Shown piece by piece: positions 22,091-36,110 of a stretch of DNA of 64,000 nt. Position 1 is the stretch's first letter, and each line of letters begins with the position of its first letter. Made by a program: the position numbers and the translations under genes. Origin of the DNA: Octopus bimaculoides (lineage: Eukaryota); the NCBI RefSeq assembly GCF_001194135.2, contig NC_068982.1:29986257-30050256 (forward strand), read 5' to 3'. The notes below the pieces were generated by a model. That model did not search any database, was not told where the DNA came from, and worked only from the letters and a program-made list of their open reading frames with translations.

Positions 22091-25034
22091 TTGATGTGTG
22101 TATAATTATTCACTAATGTAGATAGGTGAATGATACAAACATCAGCAAAGAAAACATAACAAAAAAAAAACAAAAAAAAAACTGACATTCTGTTGTCACT
22201 TCAACCATCAGAAATGCAGTGATCCAACAACTTGGATGTCAGAAGCCCTCAACTAACAGCATTATCATTCGCAACTTGCAATACATATAATATCAATGTA
22301 CTGGGTACTGTTACCTTCAAGAAAGAAAGAACTCAATGTGTTTCTGAAGATTAATTGAGCCTTCCAATTCCAGTAGTATACAGAATGGTCTCTTTCTCAC
22401 AACTTTAGCTGGGAAAAATTCCACTCATACGATATTACTAAATCTGAGGCTATGGTAGAAAATATGTATTCCAAGAGCTACACTGTGGAATTAAACCTAG
22501 CACTATGTGGTTGTGAAGCAAATCTCTCAGCCATACAAGCCAGCCTATTTCCATGAAGACCTGTTTTCATGTAATAGTGTTTTGATATTGTGAAAAAAAC
22601 AAATGCAGAAGATGGAAAACTGGAAATAAAAATAAATTAGTATCAGTTTGAACTTTACTATGTTAAAACATATAATACTAACAAATCTACCCAATTATGA
22701 TGGAGGCATAAAATGAGGGAGTGAAGTCATAACAGTAGTATGTATTGTGAAATGTGTAAATGGACTTGATAGATTACTGGTGATGTCCTAGAGAAATCAC
22801 ATTATTGTTGGTGATACAGCATTCTATTGCAGCTATATGACATGTGTTTGCAACTAAGTGACATGTGATGATGATTCACTCCCGAACTGAAATAGGCTCC
22901 CAGCCTCTGTATCATGAATGGGTATGTGGACCACTCCTAACAAAAGCCAGTCCTTCTTTCGACCACTACATAAAAAAAATATTAAGAAAAGAATGTTATT
23001 TAGGTATACTTTTATTTTAGTTGTTTACACTATTTTTATGCTTGTTTATAGTCTTATATATCCAAAGATATTTTTATTCCATTGGTCTTGCCATGTAGAA
23101 ACTGCCATGTTACTGATTGTGTTATGTAGAGAAGACATGAATCTATCACTATTGCCTGTACAATATCAATGCCAGGACATAGATATAAACACACAAACAT
23201 ACTCTTTACTTACACACATGCATACACGACAGGCTTATGTACAGCTTTTGTCTACCATTTTCACTCAAAAAGCATTGGTCAGTTCAAGGTTATAGTAGAA
23301 AATACTTGTCCATGGTATGACACAGTAAAATAAAACCCAAATCTCTTGATTAGAAAGTGAACCTCATTAGCACACTGTATTATTCACCTCATAATAGGTC
23401 AAATAAGCTAATTGAAATCTGCATCTTTTCATTGAACAGTTATTTCATTAAATCATTATGATAGTTGGAGCTATAAACCTACATATTCTTCCAAACATTG
23501 TAGAAAACTATGCAGCCTTCTCTCTTCTTTAGAACAAACTGAAAAATATGTCATATTGCCAGATCACACGATATCCCTTTCTATGACTTCATTACCTATT
23601 CAAGTCAAACTCTTTAGTTTTATTTGAGTTTCCTGATGTTTTCTTCTGTCTTAAAAGAAATCTGTTGTTAAGAGCCTTGTATTTTAGTTGATGTGTTGAT
23701 GAACCAGCAAAAATAGATGTCTTGTCTTTTCCCTCTCACCAGTGTTAACTAGTCCATGCTTAGTGTCATTGAACCAGTCTCCATACAATCAATGGATAGT
23801 TATCTGTCAGCTTATTAAACAATTCTTTATCTTTTCCTCAAGAGTAAGTCTGATTCTTGCCTATTCCCATCTTACAATCTTTACAATACAAGTATTCTCC
23901 CAGTGCCCAAATCTTGTTCTCGTTACTGCCTAGCAGAAGTATTCTCTTAGTACCAATTACAGCTAAGATATGAAATGGAATTATTTGATTCTATCTACCC
24001 TGTATTGATGAAGTTGCAAAATTTGTCTCTGTTCTCATTCTATGCCTGGAAGGGACTACATTAGTCATGAAATTTTCTTTTAAGAAAATATTTTTGTCAT
24101 AAAACTTTGGAATGAATGGTTAACAATCATGGGTACAGTTGTGGCCGTGTGCTAAGAAGCTCACTTTCCAGCTATATGGTTCTGAGTTCAATCCCACTGA
24201 GTGGCACCACATCTGCACCTGTATGCTTATTAAAATCTATCAAGGGTTTCTCTTTTTTTTTTTTTCTGCTAAGTACCCAACACTTTGTAATGTTTCTATA
24301 CTCTGTAGCTTCCATACAAATCTATAAAAACAACAATCTGAAATAGACATTTAGACAAAGTTTTTATATATATATACATATTATACCTTTCTATAACAGA
24401 GTGTTTCTAATATATGTATATAAAAATTGGTATATTATTTCAGTGTTAGGTTGAATATCAATTAACACATACACACACGCGCGCGCACATACTGTGTGTG
24501 TGTTACGTTAAAAGCCACCTAGCACACACTGTAAAGTGATTGACATTAAGAAGGGCCATCCATCCATAGAAATGAAGCCAAATCAGACTGGGACCTGTTG
24601 CAGCTCTCTGGGTTGCCAGCTCTGGTCAAACTGTCCAACCCATACCAGCATGGAAAGCAGATGTTAAAGGTTGATGATGATGTGTGCAATGCTTTATATT
24701 TTAATAGCTCAAATGTTAATTGTCTGCCCAGGCTTTCATCCTATGTACTACTGGTGTTGACCAAATATACATAACAGTGCTACACAGACTCAGGAGTTGT
24801 TCTGAATAGTTAAAGACACGCTGGACTAAGGAAGCAGAGCTACTATTTACAAAGCACAAATCCAAAGTATCTTAGATAATGTCTGTTTATGGTTGATGAA
24901 TGCCCTACAAAGTATACTCATTAGTCAGATGGAGAATGTAACTAATGCATAACATAAATTGGCAGAGTTATTGGAATAAATGTCGTGCATCTTTTTGAGA
25001 TTCATAACATAACACTGGTAGACTTTAGGAATTA

Positions 25035-25263
25035 TTAACCTCTTTAACATTTAAACTGGCCATATGCAGCTAAAATATTCTATCTGTTTTATCTTTAAAC
25101 TGGCCAGATCCAGCCTCTCACATTTGCCCTACAATGCCATTCTAAAAGTAAACAATCACATCATTGAAATCTCAAAGCTGCAAAGTAATGCATGGCTAAT
25201 TTTTATCTACGTGAATAAATAAGCATTACATTTGACAGAGAAATTTGAATGCCAAAGGGTTAA
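25035..25263. mobile_element. TTAA-flanked MITE (ccctttagcatt family)
   Basis: Ends ttaacctctttaacatt ... aatgccaaagggttaa. The internal sequence is shared with several other copies in the window. Confidence 0.7.
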
Positions 25264-25482
25264 AATATCAACCAAGATTCTTTGTGGTTAATGTTCAGAC
25301 TGGGTCTTTGTGTTCTGTATTTAAATCTAACTGTGGCTTATATGGATGGTACATTTACTGTATGGCATGCATGGGCCATTACTCAGCATTAGTACAAATA
25401 CAGCCACACATCAGATCCTATATTCTTACTTTTTTTTTTTTCAAAACTAAAAATAGTACAATTCCACCATCTTGGACTCCTT

Positions 25483-25865
25483 TACTCTTTTACTTGTTTC
25501 AGTCATTTAACTGTGGCCATGCTGGAGCACTGCCTTTAGTCGAGCAAATCAACCCCAGGACTTATTCTTTGTAAGCCTAGTAATTATTCTATCTGTTTCT
25601 TTTGCTGAACTGCTAAGTGACGGGGACGTAAACACACCAGCATCGGTTGTCAAGCGATGTTGGGGGGACAAACACAGACACACACACACACACACACACA
25701 TACATATATACAACGGGCTTCTTTCAGTTTCCGTCTACCAAATCTACTCACAAGGCTTTGGTCGACTCGAGGCTATAGTAGAAGACACTTGCCCAAGGTG
25801 CCACGCAGTGGGACTGAATCCGGAACCATGTGGTTGGTAAGCAAGCTACTTACCACCCAGCCGGC
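25483..25865 (-). mobile_element. Main CORE-like tRNA SINE, full length
   Basis: Complete head, internal (CA)n and gaaacaagtaaaagag tail. Confidence 0.88.
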
Positions 25866-27517
25866 AATTTTTTTCTTTCTTTTACTGACCTCAGAAAGCT
25901 GAAAGGCAAAATCAAACCCACTAGGATTTGATCTCAGAATGCCAAGAGACAGAAGTTCTGTCAAATTGCCAAATTGTGTATGTGGTATTGAAAAAAAACT
26001 AAGCATTCCAATCACGATATTATCTACACATAAGCAGAGCAAATCTATTTATTCTTTGTTTTTCCTTTTGTTGAGTGGCGGGCAGGGACCACTTAGAGTT
26101 CTGTTATTTCAGTCTATTATTTTTAATTCTTTTAGCTGTTTATTTAATTTCCTTGTTTTCTTCTTCAAAGACAGTCACCTCAGGTTTGGTGACAGCAATC
26201 TCTCCATTTAAATTTTACGTGAAGACATAAGTTTATCTTGTTTCTGTACAGTGATGAATTCAATTCAGAAATTATCTATATATAGGTGCGTGTGTATGTG
26301 TCTATATATGAATGTGTGTGTGTGTGTATATGCACACATATATATTATTTGTGTAGATGTGTATATGTGTGTATATGAACATATGTGTGTGTATATACAT
26401 ATATATATATATACACACACACTCACACACACATATATGTATATGTATGTGTATATGTGAGTTATATATGCTTACATATGATTGGTTTATTTTTATTGCT
26501 TTTGTAATTATCAAACTAATACTTATTACTTATTTTTTCTTCTCTTCCAGATGTTAATTTCTTTTATTAGCTCTCTCAACAACTATTTTGTCATGTTGAG
26601 AATATTTGATATAGTAATTTCCATTATTACCCNNNNNNNNNNCAAAAAAAAAGAAAGCAAAAAAAAAACCGAAAACAGAACAAATGATATGACAATAAAA
26701 AAAAAATAAAGCAAGACAAAATAGCGTTTGGAAATGAATTGAGGGAATTAGGTCTCAAAGAATGTAAATCTGTTCTTGTTTTTATTTTATTTTCCTGAAA
26801 AACCACATAAAAATTGGGCAATGTTGAGTATTAGGGATGCCATGGTCATATATGTATATGATGATCATCATCGTTTAACGTTCGCTTTCCATGCTAGCAT
26901 GGGTTGGACAATTTGACTGAGGACTGGCAAGCCAGAAGGCTGCACCACACAAAGTCATAAATGATAGAAATAGTCTGATGAAAATGAAAATATGACAAAT
27001 TGTTTCGTAACTTAAAACATATAAAGATAATTTATATTATATTTAATAGTAAATAAATTACATGCCTGCATTAATGCAAAATGCAAAATTGGTTTAAAAC
27101 AATGCAGAAATTAAGCTCTGTCCTCAGGTGAAAGAAAGTCTTTGTTAAATACTAAATTCTCTACGTAGTGTTTCAAGAATGCTAAGTAAATATTTAAAAG
27201 ATTATGGAAGACAATAATAATAAAATTAATATAAAATAATATGATTGTCTAATAAATGGAATTTTAGTAATATAATTAAAAAGGCAACTTGTAGATATTA
27301 TTAGTATAATAAAAGAAAAGAGATATATTTTTTACTAAAAATTTAAAAAACAAATGATGGTAAGAACAGAGAAAAAAAAATAATAATAACAAACTGAAAC
27401 TTCATAAAAGTATTTAGAGAAAATACTTATGAAATATAAGGATTGATATCAATAAGAGAAACATGAACAATATTGAATAAATAAAAGAATTTAGAAATTT
27501 AAAGACATAAGTAAATA

Positions 27518-27674
27518 GGAGTGGCTGTGTGGTAAGTAGCTTGCTTACCGACCACATGGTTCCGGGTTCAGTCCCACTGATTGGCACTTTGGGCAAGTGT
27601 CTTCTACTATATCCTCGGGCCCACCAAAGCCTTGGGAGTGAATTTAGTAGACAGAAGCCGAAAGAAGCCTGTTG

Positions 27675-27680
<6 letters not shown>
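27518..27680 (+). mobile_element. Main CORE-like tRNA SINE, 5' half running into (TA)n and a gap
   Basis: ggagtggctgtgtggtaagtagcttgcttacc...agaagcctgttgtatgta. Confidence 0.85.
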
Positions 27681-27721
<41 letters not shown>

Positions 27722-28883
27722 NNNNNNNNNNNNNNNNNNNNNNNNNNNNNNNNNNNNNNNNNNNNNNNNNNNNNNNNNNNNNNNNNNNNNNNNNNNNNNN
27801 NNNNNNNNNNNNNNNNNNNNNNNNNNNNNNNNNNNNNNNNNNNNNNNNNNNNNNNNNNNNNNNNNNNNNNNNNNNNNNNNNNNNNNNNNNNNNNNNNNNN
27901 NNNNNNNNNNNNNNNNNNNNNNNNNNNNNNNNNNNNNNNNNNNNNNNNNNNNNNNNNNNNNNNNNNNNNNNNNNNNNNNNNNNNNNNNNNNNNNNNNNNN
28001 NNNNNNNNNNNNNNNNNNNNNNNNNNNNNNNNNNNNNNNNNNNNNNNNNNNNNNNNNNNNNNNNNNNNNNNNNNNNNNNNNNNATATATGTGCACACACA
28101 TATGTATATGTGTGTGACATTCACTGAGAGGGCTCTATTACTGAATATCAGTTAATGAGCTCAGTCATCATTGTATATATGAAAATGGATAAAATAAAAA
28201 TAAATTGGTAACACAGGCATACAAAGAAAAATGTGAACACTTACACACACACAATTTGAGTTTCTTGAATGGGGACTCGCACTAATTCACCGTATTGAGT
28301 ACGTTGATTTTGCTGAAGTATTTAAAAGATAGCCAAAATAATAGTTTTATTTTCAAGAACCTGAAAAAAAAAAAGGCAACTGATGAAATTGTTAAAATAT
28401 TTTGTGCCTTGTAGATTAATTTTAACAACAGAATCTTATATGGATTCCACCAAGGGTCATATGAACCCTAGTTGAGAAACACTATTATGCTGCATGTCTG
28501 CTGATTAGTTAGACAGCCCTTTTGATACCAATCCACCCCAAGACCACACTGAATTCTATGATAAAAAATTTCCTATTTTAAATTGATCTATGTTAAAAAT
28601 CTTCCTTCAAATTTTTATGTTAAATTTAACTTGCAAACTCCAGATCAATAACGACGACGTTATTTTACTAAATTCATTATTTTCGAAATTAAATTGAAAC
28701 AAACACGGTATATTTCTGTAGAAATATGGTAACTAAAAGAGTTAAAGAGGGTGACTGAAAGAGAGGTTTTTCCCTCACATATATACATATTGACACATTG
28801 GCAGCACTTTTATTAGATGTCGGTAACTGGCTGATATTTAATTATTATTTCCTAACAGAAATTAAAATAATTTGTGATATGGT

Positions 28884-29160
28884 GAACTAATTTTAACTGT
28901 AACTTGTCTCAGAAGAAAATGCCAGCAAAGTTTGTTTAGTTTCAAGTTGATGTATTAATGTTGTCTTTATTTACTTTTCTTTGTTGTTGCTATTCTCTTG
29001 AAGTGGCTAACTTATTTCATGCTTGGGTGTGTGACATTTTTGGAATGATATCAAAACATCAATTCTGTCCTCTTGAAACTATATTTGTTTTAGAAGATGG
29101 ATAATATACGACTTACAAACATAAAGAACAATACAGAGCATTAGCTTGTGCAATGATATA
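28884..29160 (+). repeat. Direct-repeat block, second copy at about 36401-36680
   Basis: Exact 36-nt (28884/36401) and 35-nt (29063/36583) matches within an alignable block of about 280 bp. Confidence 0.8.
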
Positions 29161-30240
29161 AATTGTATGCTTGTGCGTCCTTTCTTTTTAGAGAATGTAA
29201 GGTTTGTGATTTGTAGGAATTTTTGGTTGCTATTTTTAGCAAAATAAGAAACCATGTAGATCGCTTTATATGTTTTATGTAGCCTGTCACACTATATTAG
29301 TTGGCAAGTTTATGTAACCTGTCACACTATATTAGTTGGGTAAGTTTAATCTTGTAAAACCTTGTCCTCGAGGTAAGAATTTATCTTCCTGGCTGTAAGT
29401 TAGACTCCATACCATAAATTCATTTTGTGAAATACTCTAAGAGAATTTTACATATTATGGACACTTATTTAATATTTATTATATTTAATGATTAGGACAT
29501 TCTCTTGCCTACATTGTTTAATTAATTATCACATATAATGCCTCCAGTGCATATTTTTTAATCTATATCAATATTTCTCATTCTCCAGGCCATTAAATGT
29601 AGAAATTAGAATACTAACATGAATAATTTACTTGCCAACACCTTGCTTGTTTATGTGTGTGTCATGTGTGTATATACATATGCATGCATAAATGTGTATA
29701 TTCATACACACACATACACATATATGTAGGTTTGTGCTAATGAGAAGCATGTGATTATGGTTTCAATACAACTTTGTGGCACCTTGTCATGTGTCTTCAT
29801 TTAAAGCCTCAGGCCTACCAATGCTTTTGACTGAAACTGGTAGAAACCCTCGTAAGAGATACATTTGTGTCTATAAAACATGATTAATGCTTTATTTTAC
29901 TGAACTCTCATTTGTCCTTCACGACAAGAGAATCTATCATATATCATAAATAGTTTGATATATATATATACATATAAATATCATAAATAGTTTGAGCAAT
30001 AGTTTGATGAAATTTTATTTAACAATCAGAAAATTCAAATATCACAATAAGTTGTTTCATAACTTAAAAACATGTAAATAATTTATATTATTATATTTGA
30101 TAAATACATTACCTATTTATTTATATGTGTTTTGTATATGTGTATATGTGTTTTGTAGAATGATTCATTAAGGAGCTTTCTTTATGAATACTATCAGATT
30201 TACTTGAATCCATATATTGTGACTTAAATTTATATATATG

Positions 30241-30279
<39 letters not shown>

Positions 30280-31009
30280 ATTTATTCTAAAGTGGCACTT
30301 TATTGGTTATGATGATAAGGGTTCCAGTTGATCCTGCTTGTGAAATAAATGTGCAAGTGGCTGAGTACTCCACAGGCATGCATACCTGTAACATAGTTCT
30401 TAGGGAGATTCAGCACGACACAAGCTGAAACAAAGTTGACCATTTGGAATACCAGTACTACTCATTTTACCCAGCTAAATGGACTACAGCAACATGAAAT
30501 AAAGTATCTTGCACCAGGGCACAATACTCTGCCAGGTATTGAACTCATTACCTTAAGATTGCGAGCTGAATATTCCTAACCACTAAGATACACGTCTTCA
30601 TACACACACTCAACATAGATATATATTTGTATGTGTGTGTGTGTTAGTATGTATAAATATATGTATGTTTAGATTCTGTGTAATAAGCACATCCTGTAGC
30701 TCTGCGTGCTCCATCTTAAGTAGCAAGAGTAACCCCTTATGTATATTTATATGTGTGTATATATGTGTTTGTTTGTGAATAGGAATATATATAGTTTTAT
30801 ATATAGTTTTATATATAAAAACACATTCAAACATTAATCGAAGCATCATGCAATACCTTTAAGCTGATTATGTAGATTTTTTTTTGATTGACTTGAGGGC
30901 AATTAAATCGAAATGTTGCAGTCACTTCTAACCTTTACCTTATAAAAATACTGCATTTGTGTGTGTGTGTGTGGTGTGGGTGGGTTTAAAATGTCATAAT
31001 TATATCTTT

Positions 31010-31633
31010 CACTTGTTTCAATCATTGGGCTGTGGCCATGCTGGGGCACCGCTTTAAAGAGTTTTGGTCAAATCAATTGACCCCAGTACTTGTTTTTAGT
31101 GGTTTTAAGTCTGGTACTTATTCTGACGGTCGCTTTTGCTGAACTGCTAAGTTACGGGGGACATAAACAAGCCGACACTAATTGTCAGGCATTGGTGAAG
31201 TACAAGCACAGCTGTAAAGACACACACAGACACATATGCATATATGTATATATATATATATATATATGATGGGTTTCTTTTAGTTTCCATCTACCAAATC
31301 AACTGACAAGGCTTTGGTCAACCAGAGGCTATAGTAGAAGACACTTGCCCAAGGTGCCACGCGGTGGGAGTGAACCTGGAACCATATGGTTGGAAAACAA
31401 GCTTCTTCCAACAGAACCATACCTGTGCCTATATTCTTTTATTTTTTTTTATTTGTTTCAGTCATTTGACTGCGATCATGCTGGAGCACCGCCTTTAGTC
31501 GAGCAAATCGACCCTAGGACTTATTCTTTGTAAGCCTAGTAGTTATTCTATCGGTTTCTTTTGCCGAACTAACTTACGGGGATGTAAACACGCTAACATC
31601 AGTTGTCAAGCAATGGTGGGGGGACAAACACAG

Positions 31634-31699
<66 letters not shown>

Positions 31700-31850
31700 G
31701 CGACGGGCGTCTTTCAGTTTCCATCTACAAAATCCACTCACAAGGCTTTAGTTGACCTGAGGCTATAGTAGAAGACACTTGCTCAAAGTGCCACACAGTG
31801 GGGCTGAACCCTGGACCATGTGGTTGGTAAGCAAGCTACTTACTGCACAA
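31010..31850 (-). mobile_element. Two head-to-tail copies of the main SINE
   Basis: Copies at about 31010-31420 and 31445-31850, differently diverged. Confidence 0.8.
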
Positions 31851-32310
31851 TAAAGCAAACTATATCTACATGCCTTATATTTACTGATAACTTTTGATAT
31901 TTATTGATGGAATAAACTACTGGAGCCAACGAAAATGTAAAAGCCTATATAGGTTGCCTTCTGGAAAATATATGAATAGACTTATGATGATTATTGAATG
32001 GTCTAATCAATGAATATAATTTGACCTAGTTAACTTTGTAATTATCATGCAGGTGGTATATGAAAGAAATTCAAATATAATTTGGAACTAAATACCTATG
32101 TGTCAAATAGCCATTTCTGTGATTATCACTTGTCAGAATTCTTTGTGGATGTTGTGTGTTAGTATGATGAATTGTCTTCTGGGAGTTGGAATTAGAATTG
32201 ACAGCTGTAAGTTGTAGTAGTAGTAGTAGCGGTAGTAGTAGCATGGGGCATATGCTGTAACAGTACATTGCTGCATCCACAGTGCGTTGCCGCATATTGA
32301 TACCCCCCCC

Positions 32311-32361
<51 letters not shown>

Positions 32362-32587
32362 TTTGTGTAGCTTAGTCTTGATATTGCATGAAAATTGTAA
32401 ATGATTGTCACTGTCATACAAGCGGTGTGTTGTTCATTTCCCATATTGTATGGAAACATGCCTAGCAATGGGGGAAATATTACCTTGCTTGGAAACAGGT
32501 GAGAGTCAGTAACAGGAAGGGCATCCAGCTGTAGAAAATCTGCCTCAATGAACTCTGTCTAACCCATGTGTGCATGGAAAAGTGGAC

Positions 32588-32962
32588 AGGAGTGGCTGTA
32601 TGGCAAGTAGCTTGCTTACCAACCACATGGTTCCGGGTTCAGCCCCACTCCGTGGCACCTTGGGCAAGTGTCTTCTACTATAGCCTCGGGCTGACCAAAG
32701 CCTTGTGAATGGATTTAGTAGATGGAAACTGAAAGAAGCCCGTATATATGTATGTGTGTTTGTGTATCTGTGTTTGTCCCCCCACCATCGCTTGACAACC
32801 GATGTTAGTGTGTTTACGTCCCTTTAACTTAGCGGTTCGGCAAAAGAGACCGCTAGAATAAGTACTAGGCTTACAAAGAATAAATCCTGGGATCGATTTG
32901 CTTGACTAAAGGCGGTGCTCCAGCATGGCCGTAGTCAAATGACTGAAACAAGTAAAAGAGTA
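32588..32962 (+). mobile_element. Full-length main SINE nested in an RTE-type 3' tail
   Basis: The host tail is split as gcatggaaaagtggac | SINE | ttaaaatgatgatga. Confidence 0.85.
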
Positions 32963-34129
32963 TTAAAATGATGATGAGGAAGAGGAGGTGAATTATGATA
33001 CAGGGAAAGTTAAAGTGATATCATTTCTTAAATAAGGAATCTGGAAACTCTTTGATTGACTCATCTAGAATACAGCAAACTATTGGACATTCTATATTTG
33101 TGTCATCATTCTTGAAGTTCATGTTGTCAGTAAGTTACCAGTGACTCACAAATCTTTGCATTCCTTATGTCTTGGATAAACAGTTTTTATTTTAAACTGG
33201 CATTACATATTAGAAAGAATCCTTTTCAATTTCTCATTTGTGTTTTTCTTTTAAATTGATACTATACATGTCTGGATGTGTATGTTTGTGTTTATGTGCT
33301 TGTTTTGATTTCTGTTTGTCTGTAGAGCTGCTTGGAATTGGCTTGGCATAACAGCCAGGCTTGTTGTGTATTAACTGATGGATTCTTTCCAGCAACCAAT
33401 CTGTAGTTTAATAACTGTTGTTATAATTGTCCTAAGCACTTGTGACTGACAATAATGCCAAGATGGAATGTCAACACAAAAGTCTATTGTTTGTAATTGC
33501 TTTGGAATTTTTGTTCCTGGCCAAAGTGTGATGAAACCTATTGAAGAAAGCTATCTTTTGTCACATTTCCTCTCCTCATTTTCAGCAGCAGCTCTGTGAA
33601 AATTGTATTCTGGTCTACCCATTGTCTTTTGTTTTCCTGCCTTCTTCATATATCCCTTCTTCTTTTCCCTCTCTGATTACAACTCTATGACAGCTGCATC
33701 ACAAAAGTAGATGGAAAAGTTCTCCTCCCCAACACACTTTTTTTTCTTTTTTTTTTTTTTCCATTTCTAAATTTCCTTTCTAATTTCATTTTAACATTAC
33801 ACAGTTTGGGAAGATTTCTGAGTTCTTTTCTATTATGGTTGATTTCAAGATCTTAGGAAGGAAACAGTATGGGGTAGTACATGTGCATTCGTGAATATTT
33901 AATCATTTTATGTAGTTTAATCAACAACAATAGCAACAGAACAAGTCAAGTGAACCAGCACATGGTCATTCAATGTGCTAGAAATAGCAGCCAAATATCT
34001 CTCCCAAAATGACAATAAACCATCACTTATTTAGTTGGATATTTAACCAGTTGACTTATAATAAAGGGGTGGAATTGAATCAGTGTATGTGTTAATAATG
34101 TTGGTATAATAACCTTTTCTAGACATCTT

Positions 34130-34338
34130 TTATCTTTTACTTGTTTAACAGTCATTGACTGTGGTCATGCTGGAGCTCTGCCTTGAAGGATTTTAGTGAA
34201 ACAAATCAACCTCAGTACTTATTTTTTAAAAGCCTGCTACTTATTCTATCAATCTCATTTGCTGATTCACTAAGTTATAGAGACATAAACTGACTGACAC
34301 TAGTTGTCGTATGGTGGTGGGGACAAATGCATGCGCTT

Positions 34339-34391
<53 letters not shown>

Positions 34392-34560
34392 GGGCTTCTT
34401 CCAGTTTCTGTCTAACAAACCCACTCACAAAGCCTCGGTCAGCCCAGAGCTATAGTAGAAGATGCTTGCTCAGGGTGCCACACTAGGACTGAACCTGGAA
34501 CCATGTAATTGGAAGGCAAAGTTCTTACTACACAGCTATGCCTGTGCTTATATTGAACAA
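34130..34560 (-). mobile_element. Main SINE, diverged full-length copy
   Basis: Family head, (CA)n and tail. Other diverged or partial copies at about 14920, 22420, 39770, 44740, 45240, 45960, 53845 and 54850. Confidence 0.75.
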
Positions 34561-34734
34561 TGTTAATCTTAGATGGACAAAAAGCTGAGATGATCATGGC
34601 TGGAATGGATTTGATTACAGACTTATTCAATGAGAGATTGACCTGGAGTTAAAGAATAATAGCAGCAATAATATGATCCCAAAAGAGAACCTGTGTGTAC
34701 TTAGTGGGTAAGTGGTGTGGAGGAGGAAAGAAGT

Positions 34735-35110
34735 ACAGACACTCTGTATTCTGTTATGTGTTGCAGTATCTCTTCTGGCTCCTTGGGTTTGGGTTCAAAT
34801 CCCATCAAGTTTACCTTTCATCCTTCAGGGCTTCATAAACATAAAACCAGTCTATGATGCTGGAATTATTAGAGAGAGAAAAACAGAATACTTTGCAGTA
34901 TCTGTTCTGGCTACTTGAGTTTTATGTTCAAATCCCATTGATGTCAATTTTACCTTTCATCCTCTTGGGATCCATAAATGAAGTACCAGTCTATGATGGT
35001 GGAATCATTAAAGAGAAGGACAGAACACCTTATGGTATCTGTACTAGTTTCTTGAGTTTTGTGTTCAAATCCCATCAAATTCAACTTTGCCTTTTGTCGT
35101 TCTAAGGTTG
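34735..35110 (+). repeat. About three tandem units (about 130-140 bp) of a SINE central segment
   Basis: Recurring gttcaaatcccat...cctttcatcct...accagtctatgatg...acagaa. Confidence 0.65.
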
Positions 35111-35501
35111 GTGGCACATAAAAAACACATTTTGAGCATGGCCATTGCCAGTACCGCCTAACTGGCCCTCGTGTCAGTGGCACGTAAAAGCACCCACTAC
35201 ACTCTCGGAGTGGTTGGCATTAGGAAGGGCATCCAGCTGTAGAAACTGCCAGATCAGATTGGAGCCTTGTGTAGCCATCTGGTTCACCTGTCCTCAGTCA
35301 AATCGTCCAACCTATGCTAGCATGGAAAGCGGACAGTAAACGATGATGATGATTAATCTAAGGAAGGAGACTAACAGAATTGGTAGTGCATCAAATGATA
35401 TACCATGTTGTATTGTTTCCAACTCTTTGCACTCTGAATTCAGATATTGCTATAGCTTATTTGATTACCTGATTTAACATCACAACCTAGTTTTTGATTA
35501 C

Positions 35502-35585
35502 CTTTCTTAGAGTCCGTTGTTGCAATCAGTGAGGCCAGGTCTTCAGTTAATTTTGAGTTGTCTTCTCCCTTGCTTCCCACCAGTA
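35502..35585 (-). CDS. Weak candidate exon (84 bp, phase 1/1)
   Basis: Acceptor ggttttcag and donor AAAG|gtaatc; translates xLVGSKGEDNSKLTEDLASLIATTDSKK. The acceptor region is abutted by MITE insertions. Confidence 0.25.
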
Positions 35586-35602
35586 CTGAAAACCCTTTAA
35601 AC

Positions 35603-35879
35603 TGATGGTTCCCAAACTNNNNNNNNNNNNNNNNNNNNNNNNNNNNNNNNNNNNNNNNNNNNNNNNNNNNNNNGTTCCCAGGCCACATTCGTAGAGCCCC
35701 CCCCCTATTCACCACCATAAACGTAGACCATTTTCATCAGTAAATTCAAAATTACTGTATTTCACAAAAAAAAAAAAGACTTAACCTAATTAACTCATTA
35801 TTTTGGCCTCCCTATTATCACCCATCTTTTCCTCAACATGCCTCCAAGGGATCAGCCCCACTCTCTTTGGGAACAACTG
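35603..35879. mobile_element. hAT/Charlie-like MITE spanning a gap
   Basis: Ends tgatggttcccaaact ... tttgggaacaactg, with TSD-like ctttaaac/ctttaatc. Confidence 0.55.
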
Positions 35880-35881
35880 CT

Positions 35882-36110
35882 TTAATCCTTTAGCATTCAG
35901 ATTACTCTGTCAGTTGCAATACATATTCATTTATATTGTCTTGAATTATTCGTGCATTATCTCATAGCTATGAGATTTCAGTGATGTGATTGTTTATGAT
36001 TTGAATGACATTTATGGGTAGGTGTGAGAGGTATGATCTGGTCAGTTTGAACACAAAACAGGTAGAACATTTAAAGCCAGTTATGGCTAGTTCAAATGTT
36101 AAAGTGTTAA
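35882..36110. mobile_element. TTAA-flanked MITE, same family, opposite orientation
   Basis: Ends ttaatcctttagcattcagattactctgtc ... aatgttaaagtgttaa. Confidence 0.65.

Noticed and set aside
22315-22408. Minus-strand exon candidate with good splice sites
   Set aside because: All three frames contain a stop before the donor.
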